Source: Coniocarpon cinnabarinum
Lineage: Eukaryota
Length of the DNA stretch: 46,255 bases
NCBI GenBank assembly: GCA_051942205.1
Contig: JAVECO010000071.1
Coordinates: forward strand, 62,001 to 108,255
Direction: 5' to 3'
Program-made: the position numbers and the translations under genes
Part shown: one piece after another, positions 11,201 through 21,545 of the stretch
Layout: every line of letters begins with the position of its first letter
Position numbering within the stretch: the first letter of the stretch is position 1
The notes under the pieces: generated by a model
The model's database searches: none
What the model was told of the DNA's origin: nothing
The model's input: only the letters and a program-made list of their open reading frames with translations

Positions 11201-11903
11201 CAGAAACAAAGCCTGTGACGAAGTCAAACGGCGTATCAGCGAGCAGAAACGAACGATTGACAACGATGCTGGCGAATTGAATCGCATGGGTAGGCTGGCG
11301 GGTGGCATCGAGCAAAGTCTCATCAATCTTCTGGATCTCAAGCAGAAACAGTCAAACGCTTTTGAAGCACGCTTTGCACGCGACCAAGCCACAGGCACCG
11401 TCCGGCAAGGTCAGACGCTCCTGATCTTCACGGTCGTCACAATCATCTTCCTACCAGTCAGCTTCATGGCTCAGTTCTTCACGATCAACATTTCCGACTT
11501 TCACCGCGACGAATCGAACAACCTGCCAATGCACTACGTCGCGCCGTACATCTTCGGGATCGGGCTCAGCATGTCGCTGTTCATCATCTTAGTGACGTTT
11601 CTACTCAGTCCGTTTCGCGCTATCGTGCAAGCGTTGCTTCCTCAAGGTCTGTTTGGGAACCAGCCGGCAAAGTCAAGGGTCTCCGCTGAGACCTTGGGCA
11701 CTATTGGCGGAGGCGCTTCTACTGGTGCTTTAGATGTGCCAGTGGGACGAAGCAGATTTAGTCGTGACGAGAAGCGCAGCTTGGCTGGAAGTGACTACAG
11801 CTCAGTCGTTGACCCGCGAGCTCTCCGCATACCAGAGATGAGCCGCAGTCCGGTCAGCTTTCGAATACGTGGTCGATTCTCGAGAGACATGGAGAATGGC
11901 TGA
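8289..11903 (+). CDS. Ankyrin-repeat protein with C-terminal CorA/ZntB-like transmembrane domain (about 1185 aa, 2 exons)
   Basis: Exons 8289-9260 and 9318-11903. Intron GTAAGT(9261)..TAG(9317) restores an ankyrin repeat (NAK|DAFYMTPMLRAAQ). Repeats include GRTIFMAAAW, RTALHWAV, GKTALHLAC, GMTPLHVAAQFG. C-terminal RWIHLPANNM, MPYLHFE, RRTLDQF, VDQLWMWI, LLDLKQKQ and FTVVTIIFLPVSF are motifs of fungal CorA-like proteins. Confidence 0.85.
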
Positions 11904-12019
11904 GATGCCATTCCCGTCAAGCTACACACGCAACCCTGAAATGGCGCCTTGCGCGAAATGAAACAAGAGAAATCCTCGCTTCCCACTTCATTCGTAAAGG
12001 TCGGAGCACGGCTAAGCTC

Positions 12020-13112
12020 TCAGGCGCCGGCTCCAGCAGCGTCAGCAGCTGCCTGTGCGTTCTGTTTACTCTGCTGCTGCGACCACATCAGCATCACCAG
12101 ACTCACAGCCTATCACAATCACTGTCAGTACTCTTTCTCAAGACTTTCACAGGCAATGACAGTACACTTACCACCACCATGTCAAAGCCCGCCCCAACAC
12201 GGATCCGCATCCAATCGTCGTGCATCGTATGCTGCTCCCAGCGTCCCTCAATCAACACCTGTCGATCAACAATCACCATGAAATTCTTCTCGCTTGGCCG
12301 CATCGGCAGCACGACCCCAGGTCGATCGCAGAACTCGGCTTCGAGACCGTCCTTGTTCTTAGAGACGTTGATGATGGTACGGTCATTGCTGTCGTTGATT
12401 TTGACCTTGCTGCTGAGCATGCTTCGGTTTATGGTCAAGAGGGTGCGGCCTTGTGCTGCAATTTCTTGTGACCGTCAGTATGAGACACGGTGGTAACGAG
12501 AAGGCAGTCACTTGAAGCGCAAAGTTGATGGCCCCGGGAAAGCGTGCATTGTTTAGAAGAGAAGGCTAACATACCCATCTTTGCCCGCCATTGCCGATTA
12601 TTACACCGCATCACCTCTGTCCCCTTCGGATCCGTGACCGGATACTCCGGACTCGTATGCGTCCACTCGCCGCCGATGCGAACAGCCAACTCCATGTCTA
12701 CAGGCGTCACCATGTTGGGAAAGAGGATGTACGGCGTCCATGGTGAAGTCGGTGGGCCTTGTTGCGATGGTCGAGGGGAGAGTCCATATTGTGGCTGAGG
12801 AGATGGCTGGGACCATTGCGCTGAGGGTGGTTGAGAGAAGCTTTGGTATGGTTGGGGCGACTGCTGGTATGGTTGTGGTGACTGTTGTGGTTGCTGGTAT
12901 GGTGGATTACCGTAGATACCGGCTGGAGGCGTCTGCTGGTATTGAGGTGATGGCACGGGGTATTGTGGAGGTTGCTGGTAATACCCCGCTTGCGGTGGCT
13001 GCGGCGAGTAGCCTTGCGGTGCGTAACCAGGCTGGCCTCCGCTGAACGAAGCCGGTAGACGACCCGGAGGAGGGGGTTGGGGACTTGATGGCTTCTTCGA
13101 TTTACCGAGCAT
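12020..13112 (-). CDS. Pro/Gln/Tyr-rich protein with C-terminal LURP-one/Tubby-C-like (scramblase-fold) domain (306 aa, 3 exons)
   Basis: Exons 13112-12575, 12464-12172, 12109-12020 join in frame (921 nt). Introns GTATGT..ACTGAC..AAG and GTAAGT..ACTGAC..TAG. The C-terminal pattern (YPVTDPKGTEVMRC, GRTLLTINRSMLS, IRVGAGFDMVVAVSLVMLM) resembles LURP-one/Tubby_C; the family call is an inference. Confidence 0.65.
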
Positions 13113-14897
13113 TGTGACGACTTGGCTAGAGATACGTGCGGATGTGAAGGTAATATGTGTTGCAGTATATATTGCGGTATGTGTTGTACGCAGTACTTTC
13201 GAAGCAATAGAGCAGCCGCGGAATCATATATAATGTACGCCAATTCACGGGTCTGAATACGTCGGTGCCTATATCGAGGCTGTTAAGCGGCTCCAATACG
13301 CAATTCTCACACGGGATACTGGCAGTGGCCTTGGCTCTTTGAGACATCTTCAGCTCTGTGCCGTGTGCCACCTACTTCATGCCGTCTGCGTGTGTGCCGT
13401 CAGCTTCAAAGCGTACTAGCGCCAAGCGTGAGGCCATTGGACGCACGCGTTGACTGGAGCAGCAACGGGAGAAGGGGCGAGCGTGAAGACGGGTGACGGG
13501 AAGTAGGTAGGTAGTTAGTGCTGACGCGAACGTCGCGCTTCGGTTACAGGTCTCGATGCGTCTATGTACCTACTCTGTATAGGGTAATGTTTGGAGGTTG
13601 TTGGACTTGACGACTCATGTGGTACTTGAGGAGCGTGAGAGCGACTACAGTAACTCGGATACTGCACTTGAAACATGGCTGCGAACTTTTTACTTGACTG
13701 TGATGTTGCTTTTGCTTGGGTCTGGACATGAGTGAGTCGAGTACGGTGAGATGGCGTTGAGCTTCACCTCGCTTCGAGAACACAGAACTCGCTGATCAAG
13801 CTACTTCGTCCTCTTCTTTGCGCTAAGCAGGTCGCTTCGAGATCTTGCTGCTGGTCAATTGAGTTGGATTGACACAGTAGCGTCACCCTTGATCAATAGC
13901 CCCTCGTAACACTTATCCGAAGCGAAATCTGTTTCAACACCTGGAACACCTGGGTGTTTATTTAACTCTGCCGGACAGCGCAGCGTCCTGCTGATGTAAC
14001 AACATATGCCAAGCGTAAGTCCGGCAAATGACATGTCTTCAGCACTGTTCGTAGAATTTTGCAATGCTTTAAGGCTGAAATATAGCATGTACATGGTCGA
14101 GAAGAAGTCAGCAGTACGCATACAGCAGGATCACTCTCCGTGTTCATCACATATAGCGTGGGGCGATGCTTACGCGCGACATCTGCAGACTTTCCATGGC
14201 CAAATGGACAGCAGATGAAGACTACAGCCTGGTGTCGCCTTTTCGTAGCTTGTTAATTACTAGCATTATGCTATTATGCAAAGCCGTGGTGGATGGCCGC
14301 AGGGTCGCGACTCCATGCTCAGAACTGCTGTTGCTGTGATAGCGTGAAGCCGAAGGCAAGGCAAGGCAAGTAACGTCAACTGGAGGTTTACTTCCTCCAC
14401 AATGCCCAGAACACAGCTAGCTGTAGGTTGTGGTCGCTTGAGGTCCTGCGGCTGCTGTGCTGGAGCTGAGAGGTTCACGTCATGTTGAGCCTGGCACTCT
14501 TTGCAAAATATCACATCGCCCTGCGTGGTCGAGAGGAGGAGCAAGGACCCCTATACAGCCTAAATCCGGCACAAGCGACCGCGTCAGACATTCTTTGGAC
14601 CATGAAAGTAAGCGAGGAATACTACTTAGAAGGGATAAGCGGAATTTGTTAATTCGATCTCTCACATGTCCATCATACACGCCTCCGTCATCACAAAACA
14701 TGAATTAGCCCAAAATGGCGGCCATTAAATGGGGTTGCAAAATCTTTGATCCGTTGTTGCTCTCCACAAGACCGCTCAATCGTTTCGTCCATTCTGATTG
14801 GTATGTTCGCCCAGTCTTAGAAAAGGCTCGCAATGAGTATCGTCTCTGAAAGCACTTGCGTATCATACGCCCTCGACCATTTGTCGGATTGCCTTTA

Positions 14898-15997
14898 TCA
14901 TAAATTTTGGTGTTGAGCTTGCTGGAATCGAGCAGTCCCTCCACTCGCCCTCCACCAGACATCTCTCGTCCAACGTATTAGCCGTTCTGCAGCTGCAGTA
15001 GGACCATCAATTGCTGGTCTTATGTCCAGATAGAATACCGGCTCGCCCGTTGCTTCGACTCCAGCGCTGTAATAGTCGATCACGTATCGGACCTCCCTGG
15101 CGGTCCCACTCGGACTTCTGCGCTCGATGAACCAGTCGTGTCTGTCAAACGGTGCCGGACCGCCAAACTGAGCGGGTAAGACCTGCCCTGCGGCCTGCAT
15201 CAGCTGTGCCTTGGGTGTCATAGCATCGCTGCGGCCCATGAATCGGAGTAGTTTAGGCTGGTCCGTGACCTTCAGCAGTGTCTCTTCTGGCGCAATCATC
15301 GCGCCGGTCACACTGCCGTCTTCGCCACAACGACTTTGTCGCCACCCGTGTAATAAGCCTCTTGAAAACCTGCGTTCCCACTCGACGACTTCTGCCCATG
15401 CGCCCTCATTCAAGAAATTATGCACGGCAACCATTGCTTCTACTGCGTCTGCTGGTGTATCAGTGTGACCCTTCCGGACCATCGCATTGTACATCTGCTG
15501 CGGTGAAGGGTAGACCCAGTTGCCACTAGTATCAGCCGCACTACTATTTGGGTCCATGCCACGAGGTATTGTAGAAATCTGACGATCGGTAGGGAGAGTA
15601 GCTGTTTGGGAGGCGGATTCGCGCGTCTGACTGAGGTCTGAAGGCATATAATTGAGAGGATTTAAGGCGGCGACGGTTCGTTCAGGAAGAGGCTTTTGAG
15701 AGGTTGAAGGCGTTGTGGCGGGTGAGGAAGGTTGGTAGGGATGTGAAGGTGCTTGCGACGGTAGGGAGGACGATGGCACAGAATCGGTTCTTTGAAAAGC
15801 GTTGAGGGCGCCTGAAGAGTTGTGCATTGGACATTGTGGCTACGTCAAGTCAGCCTCTGTGAATGGTGTGCAATTCTCATAGTTCGTACGGGAGGTTGCG
15901 CATCAGACGCTTGGGATGGGTGGGTGGATCGAGCATGGCTTTGTGGTCGAGGTGCTCGTGGGGCATTTGTCGATTGATCAACCCAAAACCAACCCAT
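14898..15997 (-). CDS. cyc3: Holocytochrome c synthase (cytochrome c heme lyase; Neurospora cyt-2 / yeast CYC3 type), 349 aa, 2 exons
   Basis: Exon 1 15997-15890 (MGWFW...), intron GTACGA..GCTGAC..TAG 15889-15840, exon 2 begins PQCPMH (heme-binding CP motif). Conserved NWVYPSPQQMYNAM, VHNFLNEGAW, PFDRHDW, RYVIDYY, LDIRPA. Confidence 0.93.
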
Positions 15998-16202
15998 TTT
16001 TGTAGACTTTCAGTGATTCTTAGGAGACAAGTATAAAAATGGTGATCATCGGCCTTGTCAATGCAAGCTTACCTGGAGATGATGATGACATGCAGATCAG
16101 ATGAAACGAAGATTACCCTGCCCAAAAATAGGGTATGTTTGGCGAACTCCTACTCATCCTTTGATCTTCTGGCAACCTTGCAGCCAATAAGTCACGTCGA
16201 CT

Positions 16203-17096
16203 ATGGGCAATGACGGTGGAAGCATTCCAACGCGTCGCGAACTTGTCAAGGAAGCTGCTCGCAACCCCACCACATCCCAACTCAAAGCTACAACGCTTGA
16301 GCATCTGGCGCACGCCTGGCGAACATGCGCTCTGTCTGGTGAGACTCTCAAACAGCCTGTGGTCGGTGACGCGCTTGGACGCCTGTTTAATAAGGAAGAG
16401 ATCATCAAAGCAATATTGCCAGCCGAAGATGCAGAGGATGAAGAAGATGTAACCAAGAAGGAGAAAGATGACTGCCTCAAGAAAGCGCAGATTAAAGGTC
16501 TAAAAGACGTTGTGGCACTCCAGTTCGAGTCAGAAGGCGCTGAGGGTCAAGACCACCGCCAGAGATGGATATGCCCAATCACGAAAAAGGAACTTGGCGA
16601 GGCAACGAAAGCTGTCTACCTGGTTCCCTGTGGCCATGTTTTCGCAGAGGCCGCCGTGAAGGAACTTGGAGAAGAGAGGTGCCCGACTTGCAGTGAGAAA
16701 TACGCGCCAAATGACCAGATCCCGATTCTACCCATGGACGAAACAGATCTGGCTCGTCTCATGCTGCGGATGAACACGCTCAAGGAGCGAAGCTTGACTC
16801 ACGCATTGAAGAAAGCCAAAAAGAGCAAGAAGAACACCGATGTCGCAGCAGATGCTGATGGCGCCTCGAAACACAAGACTAAGAGCAAAGCTGCTAGTAA
16901 TGGCATACAGAACGCTGCAACCGCATCACTCACCGCCAAGGTTCTCGAAGAGCAGAGTGCACGCGATAAGAAGCGCAAGGCAGACATGAGCGACAACTTG
17001 GACAGTCTTTACGTGAAAAAGAATGCGAGAACTAAGGAAGGTGGAAATAATGACTTCATGTCGCGCGGATATTCGATACCGACCGATTCACGTTGA
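16203..17096 (+). CDS. rtf2: Replication termination factor 2 (Rtf2 RING-like) family protein, 297 aa
   Basis: Hallmark start MGNDGGSIPTRRELVK; CALS, WICPIT, PCGHVF and CPTC zinc ligands; Lys-rich tail. Confidence 0.9.
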   Translation: MGNDGGSIPTRRELVKEAARNPTTSQLKATTLEHLAHAWRTCALSGETLKQPVVGDALGRLFNKEEIIKAILPAEDAEDEEDVTKKEKDDCLKKAQIKGLKDVVALQFESEGAEGQDHRQRWICPITKKELGEATKAVYLVPCGHVFAEAAVKELGEERCPTCSEKYAPNDQIPILPMDETDLARLMLRMNTLKERSLTHALKKAKKSKKNTDVAADADGASKHKTKSKAASNGIQNAATASLTAKVLEEQSARDKKRKADMSDNLDSLYVKKNARTKEGGNNDFMSRGYSIPTDSR

Positions 17097-17229
17097 GTCG
17101 CTTCTGGCGCAAAAGAACTACACTAAATATTGTCGCTTGGGCAAATTTGTTTGAGATGCTCTGGGCTTTGGCTGCTGTGGGCTGCTGTGTTGAACGTTGT
17201 TGCTCTGGGCAGCGGTCGGAAAATCGAAT

Positions 17230-18846
17230 CTAAAGTCGCGCTTTAGTACCACGCTCAGTTTCCGCAATGAGCTCGGCAGCACGTTCACCAATGGCCAACA
17301 CTGTGACCATTGGATTGATGGATGGCATTTCTGGAAAGATGCCTGCGTCAGCTATCCGAAGGTTCTTGAAACCACGCACTCGCAAATTGGGGTCCACCAC
17401 GGCCGACGGATCAGAAGAAACGTTACCCATTTTTGTTGTCCCGGCTGGGTGGTAGACCGTATGAGCCGCTCGGCGCGCATACTCGTTCAACTCCTCGTCG
17501 CTTTGCACTTTCGGACCTGGCGCCACTTCTCGCTTGATCCAGTCTTTGAATGGTGACTCCTGGGCGATGCGTCTGGCGGCGCGCATGCCAAAGACCAATG
17601 TCGCTGCATCGTAGCCTTCAGGGTCGGTAAAGTACCTGAAGTCCAGGGCGGGCTTGACTTGCGGGTCTGACGAAGTCAAGTACAACTTTCCCCGAGAACG
17701 TGGACGAGGGATGTTCGGGGTCATGCAAAAAGCATCAGTCACGTTCTCGTATCCCAAGCGCTCTGTGTTGAGCGTGAAGGGGATCTGATAGCAATGCATC
17801 ATCAGGTCGGTGAAGTCTCCGTCGAAGCCGGCAGCGTTCGCTTTCTCCCTTCTCAAGAAGATGCCGGCGTCTGAATCCATGGTGGTTTGGTTGGGAGGGA
17901 CAGGCTTGTTCAGCTCCCACATGATGATGCTCTCTGGATGGTCGATCAGATTTTCTCCGACGCCCGGCAAATCTTTCTCTACCTTCATGCCAAGGCCTTC
18001 TAGCTGCTGCTTAGGGCCAAGACCTGAGTACATCAGCAAGCGCGGCGTATCAATGGCACCGGCACACAAGATTGTCTCCTTTCGGGCACCAAGCGAGTGT
18101 TTGACCCCGTCGGAAGTCGTGACTTGGACTCCTCGGGCGCGGTCACCATCGATCATGATCTTGCTGACCCAGGCGTGTGTAAGTACGGTAAGATTCGGCC
18201 GCTTCTCCTCACCCCGAAAGATTGGATGCACGTAAGCAACGGATGAGCTGCTTCGTCGCCCATCATCTGGGTTGTAAGCTACCGAGAGGAACCCAACACC
18301 TTGTCTGAGCCCGCCTGTCTGCTTGATCTCATGGTTGAAGTCGTCAAGAATAGGAATGTTCATGGCTGTAGATGACGACTGAACCCAATCCTTGCATAGC
18401 TGATTGCGATGACGATCATGTACAGGCTGAATTTGATTCTTCAGCCGATCGACCATGCCCATCATGAGTTCAAACGTCCAGCCCTTGCAACCAAGTTTCT
18501 GCCATCTCTCCATGTCGTGGCGGAAAGGTCGAAAAGAGATCAAAGTATTGTGGCTGGAACATCCACCCAAGACCTTGGCGCGTGAGTGACGAATGTTAGA
18601 ATTGCCCATTGGCTGCTCAGTAGTCCCATAGTCGTAATCGAGCTCACCACCAAGCAGATTGAGCCATTCCTTGAGATTCAATACCTTATCGTTCATAAAG
18701 TCAGAAGGGCCAGCTTCAATCAGTAATATCTTATGGCTGGGAAGATAAGAAGAAAGGCGGTTGGCAATGACACAGCCAGCTGTTCCACCGCCCACGATAA
18801 TGTAATCGAATTCGTTCGCCCTTGCGGGCAGCGTCTGCGTGCTCAT
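17230..18846 (-). CDS. codA: Choline oxidase (GMC oxidoreductase), 538 aa, intronless
   Basis: DYIIVGGGTAG FAD fold; RHSRAKVLGGCSSHN with the His used for covalent FAD in Arthrobacter choline oxidase; GENLIDHPE, TVYHPAGT (catalytic His), SINPMVTV. Likely start ATG 18846. Ends in -ARL. Confidence 0.9.
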   Translation of the reverse strand: MSTQTLPARANEFDYIIVGGGTAGCVIANRLSSYLPSHKILLIEAGPSDFMNDKVLNLKEWLNLLGGELDYDYGTTEQPMGNSNIRHSRAKVLGGCSSHNTLISFRPFRHDMERWQKLGCKGWTFELMMGMVDRLKNQIQPVHDRHRNQLCKDWVQSSSTAMNIPILDDFNHEIKQTGGLRQGVGFLSVAYNPDDGRRSSSSVAYVHPIFRGEEKRPNLTVLTHAWVSKIMIDGDRARGVQVTTSDGVKHSLGARKETILCAGAIDTPRLLMYSGLGPKQQLEGLGMKVEKDLPGVGENLIDHPESIIMWELNKPVPPNQTTMDSDAGIFLRREKANAAGFDGDFTDLMMHCYQIPFTLNTERLGYENVTDAFCMTPNIPRPRSRGKLYLTSSDPQVKPALDFRYFTDPEGYDAATLVFGMRAARRIAQESPFKDWIKREVAPGPKVQSDEELNEYARRAAHTVYHPAGTTKMGNVSSDPSAVVDPNLRVRGFKNLRIADAGIFPEMPSINPMVTVLAIGERAAELIAETERGTKARL

Positions 18847-19112
18847 TGTCGCGTGCTCCTCGTTAGAGGCTTGAATATGGCGACTGCAGCCGCACCACGG
18901 TGTAGAAATGGCTCTGAAGGCTCGGTTTAGCTCTGGAAAAATCATGGGGTGATGCTGATGTACCGTAAAATTGCTCTATGAAACGCTGAGGAAGAAAGTT
19001 AGAGAAATGAACGAATTAATCACCTAGTAAGTGGACAGATGAAGGTTTGCAAACAGCTGTCTAAGTTCTGGCCTAACCTCATTGGTCTACCGACATATGC
19101 AAGTCACATGTT

Positions 19113-19308
19113 CGGAATTTACCCGCTATGACTTCACAGATGTATCTTCTGCCCGGAGTCGCCTCCGATGAATACAGATACCCTCATCGCTTCACAGCTC
19201 GGTGAAGAACGACGATTCGGTGAAGAGCAATCCGGTGCAGTCAGTAGCGAGAGCCAATGCCAAAAGGTCCCATTGCAGTGGCACTGTGGGTCTCGCTCAC
19301 TCACCGAG
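19113..19308. promoter_or_regulatory. Candidate Zn2Cys6 binding-site cluster in the codA/BADH bidirectional promoter
   Basis: CGG-N7-CCG (19113-19125), CGGAG-TCGC-CTCCG palindrome (19154-19167), TCGGTGAAGA twice (19199, 19217), CCGGTGCAG (about 19232) and reverse CTCGGTGAG (about 19300). Confidence 0.35.
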
Positions 19309-19507
19309 TAGGAGAGCCCCGCCTCAGCTGTGCTCGAAGAGGATAAAGAGGCTTGGGGGTGATTGAATAAGGATTGCTCCACTTGCGGCTTTCAGTAAGC
19401 GTTGAAGGTGAGGTGAAGCAGTGGGGAGTTCAAAATTCCAGGAATACGGCTGCGCGAGTCGCCATTTGCTTGTTCATCGCCAATTCCCAGTCCACATTAT
19501 CGACAGC

Positions 19508-21100
19508 ATGTCCAACACCACCACCACATATCCTGCAGAAGTGCATACCTTTCATTCCGGCTCGCCTCAGCCAGCGCCACACTGCAAGACGTTCCAGAGT
19601 CTCGATCCCAGCAACGCCAAGTCCCTAGCAACTGTGCACACGTCGACGTCGTCCCAAATCGATGCAGCGGTGTCATCGGCGCTATCTGCCTTTTCGGCCT
19701 GGTCTCGAACGCCCGCTCTGCAGAGAGGCCGCATACTCATTAAGGCTGCTGCACTGTTGAGAGAGCGTAACGATGCGCTGGCAAAGACCGAGACGTTAGA
19801 CACTGGAAAACCTTGGTCAGAGACCTCGACCGTCGATGTCGCCACTGGAGCTGATGTACTGGAGTACTATGGGCATTATGTCGCGTCTGGCGGGCTAGAT
19901 GGGGAGTGCACAAAGCTGCGTGAGGATGCTTGGGTCTACACTCGCAACGAGCCATTGGGCGTGTGTGCCGGCATCGGTGCATGGAATTATCCACTGCAAA
20001 TAGCATGCTGGAAAAGTGCACCTTGCCTCGCAGCAGGCAATTGCATGGTTTACAAGCCCAGTGAAGTCACACCACTTCACGCCCAGGCATACGCCGAGAT
20101 TCTTCTGGAAGCAGGCTTGCCGAGGGGCGTCTTCAACGTGGTATACGGAAATGGACCAGATGTAGGTGCGCCGCTTGCAAAAGATCTCGATATTGCAAAA
20201 GTTAGCTTTACTGGCCAGGTCAGCACAGGTCAAAAGGTTGCTAGCAGTGCAGCGGAGGGCATGAAGAGCGTGACGATGGAGCTTGGTGGGAAAAGCCCTA
20301 TTGTCATCTGTCCAGATGCGAACCTGGAAGACGCCGTCGACATTGCAATGGTTGCCAACTTCTTCAGCACGGGTCAAGTCTGTACAAATGGCACTCGAGT
20401 CTTCGTTCCAGACACTTTGAAGGCGGACTTTGAAAGTCTTCTGGTGCGAAAGTGCAAGGAGGGCATTCGCATGGGCCCGCCTTTCGACCCAAACACCAAC
20501 TTGGGACCGCTTGTGAGCAAGATGCAGCTCGAGAAAGTGAACGGTTACATCGATCATGGCAAGATGTTTGATAACGCCAAGGTGTTGTACGATGGTCATG
20601 CGCAAGACCCCTCGTTGCTCCCGACCGACCTTCGCAGCGGATACTGGTGTCCACCTTTCGTCTTCACCGACTGCACAGACCGCATGAGGATCGCGCGCGA
20701 CGAGATCTTCGGGCCGGTCATGTGCATCCTACCTTACTCGACGTCATCAACGCCTTCGCTGGAAACTGCTGAGCTCTGTCCCTTCCCGTCACATCCATAC
20801 CTCTCAGATGTAGTACGTCGGGCGAACGATACACCAATGGGTCTCGCGGCTGGTGTCGTGTCCTCAGACCTCACGCTGGCGCACCGCGTGGTCCAGCATC
20901 TGGAGGCAGGAATCACCTGGATCAACACGTGGGGAGAGTCGCCAGCAGAGATGCCAGTGGGCGGATGGAAGTTGAGCGGTGTTGGGGTTGAGAACGGCAA
21001 GAAAGGCATCGAAGCGTATACGCGCAACAAAAGCAGTCTGGTGCAGATGGGTGGAGGTGCTTGCGCCGGCGTTTTTGCAAAGGTCGAAGGGGCGGGGTGA
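19508..21100 (+). CDS. betB: Betaine aldehyde dehydrogenase (BetB-type ALDH), 530 aa
   Basis: GIGAWNYPLQIACWKSAPCLAAGN, KPSEVTP, FTGQVSTG, catalytic MELGGKSP and GQVCTNGTRV (BetB-like), EIFGPV. Head-to-head with choline oxidase. Confidence 0.9.
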   Translation: MSNTTTTYPAEVHTFHSGSPQPAPHCKTFQSLDPSNAKSLATVHTSTSSQIDAAVSSALSAFSAWSRTPALQRGRILIKAAALLRERNDALAKTETLDTGKPWSETSTVDVATGADVLEYYGHYVASGGLDGECTKLREDAWVYTRNEPLGVCAGIGAWNYPLQIACWKSAPCLAAGNCMVYKPSEVTPLHAQAYAEILLEAGLPRGVFNVVYGNGPDVGAPLAKDLDIAKVSFTGQVSTGQKVASSAAEGMKSVTMELGGKSPIVICPDANLEDAVDIAMVANFFSTGQVCTNGTRVFVPDTLKADFESLLVRKCKEGIRMGPPFDPNTNLGPLVSKMQLEKVNGYIDHGKMFDNAKVLYDGHAQDPSLLPTDLRSGYWCPPFVFTDCTDRMRIARDEIFGPVMCILPYSTSSTPSLETAELCPFPSHPYLSDVVRRANDTPMGLAAGVVSSDLTLAHRVVQHLEAGITWINTWGESPAEMPVGGWKLSGVGVENGKKGIEAYTRNKSSLVQMGGGACAGVFAKVEGAG

Positions 21101-21515
21101 GTGCGTGATTCCCTCCGCACGGCCTTATGTTGCGCTGATATGAAGATTAAGGGATGACGCAAAATCAGAGCTGTGAGCACTGAACATTAGGGAAAGCTCT
21201 GACTGAGCTGCGAACAAAACAATTTATCATTTTTGCACCTCGACAAGCTCTCGCTTGTCTCGGCCGCCTAAACGGAATGATGGTACATGAGATTCGCGAC
21301 CAAACACACCAAAGGCTTTCAGCTCAGCTGTGAGTCAGAAACAGTCGTGTCTCTACCTTCTAGCCATAGTATGAGGAATGAGTGGAATACTATCTCTGAA
21401 TGACGCCGCTCATGCAATCAAACAACATGCGATCTCACCGCCATGTCAAGAACATCTTAAATGTCGCCTACAACTGTCATTCAACGGCTGGCGCAACCCA
21501 CCACGATCTCAAATG

Positions 21516-21545
21516 AGCTCATGCTAATCTCATGCTAATCTCATG
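21516..21545. repeat. Short tandem repeat of the unit CTCATGCTAAT, about 2.5 copies
   Basis: Reads gctcatgctaatctcatgctaatctcatg. Confidence 0.6.

Noticed and set aside
13380..14890. Possible small multi-exon gene (splice-like signals on both strands, e.g. GTAAGT at about 14015 on +, MESLQMSR|GTAAGC at about 14197 on -)
   Set aside because: I could not assemble a consistent, recognisable reading frame; this needs RNA-seq.
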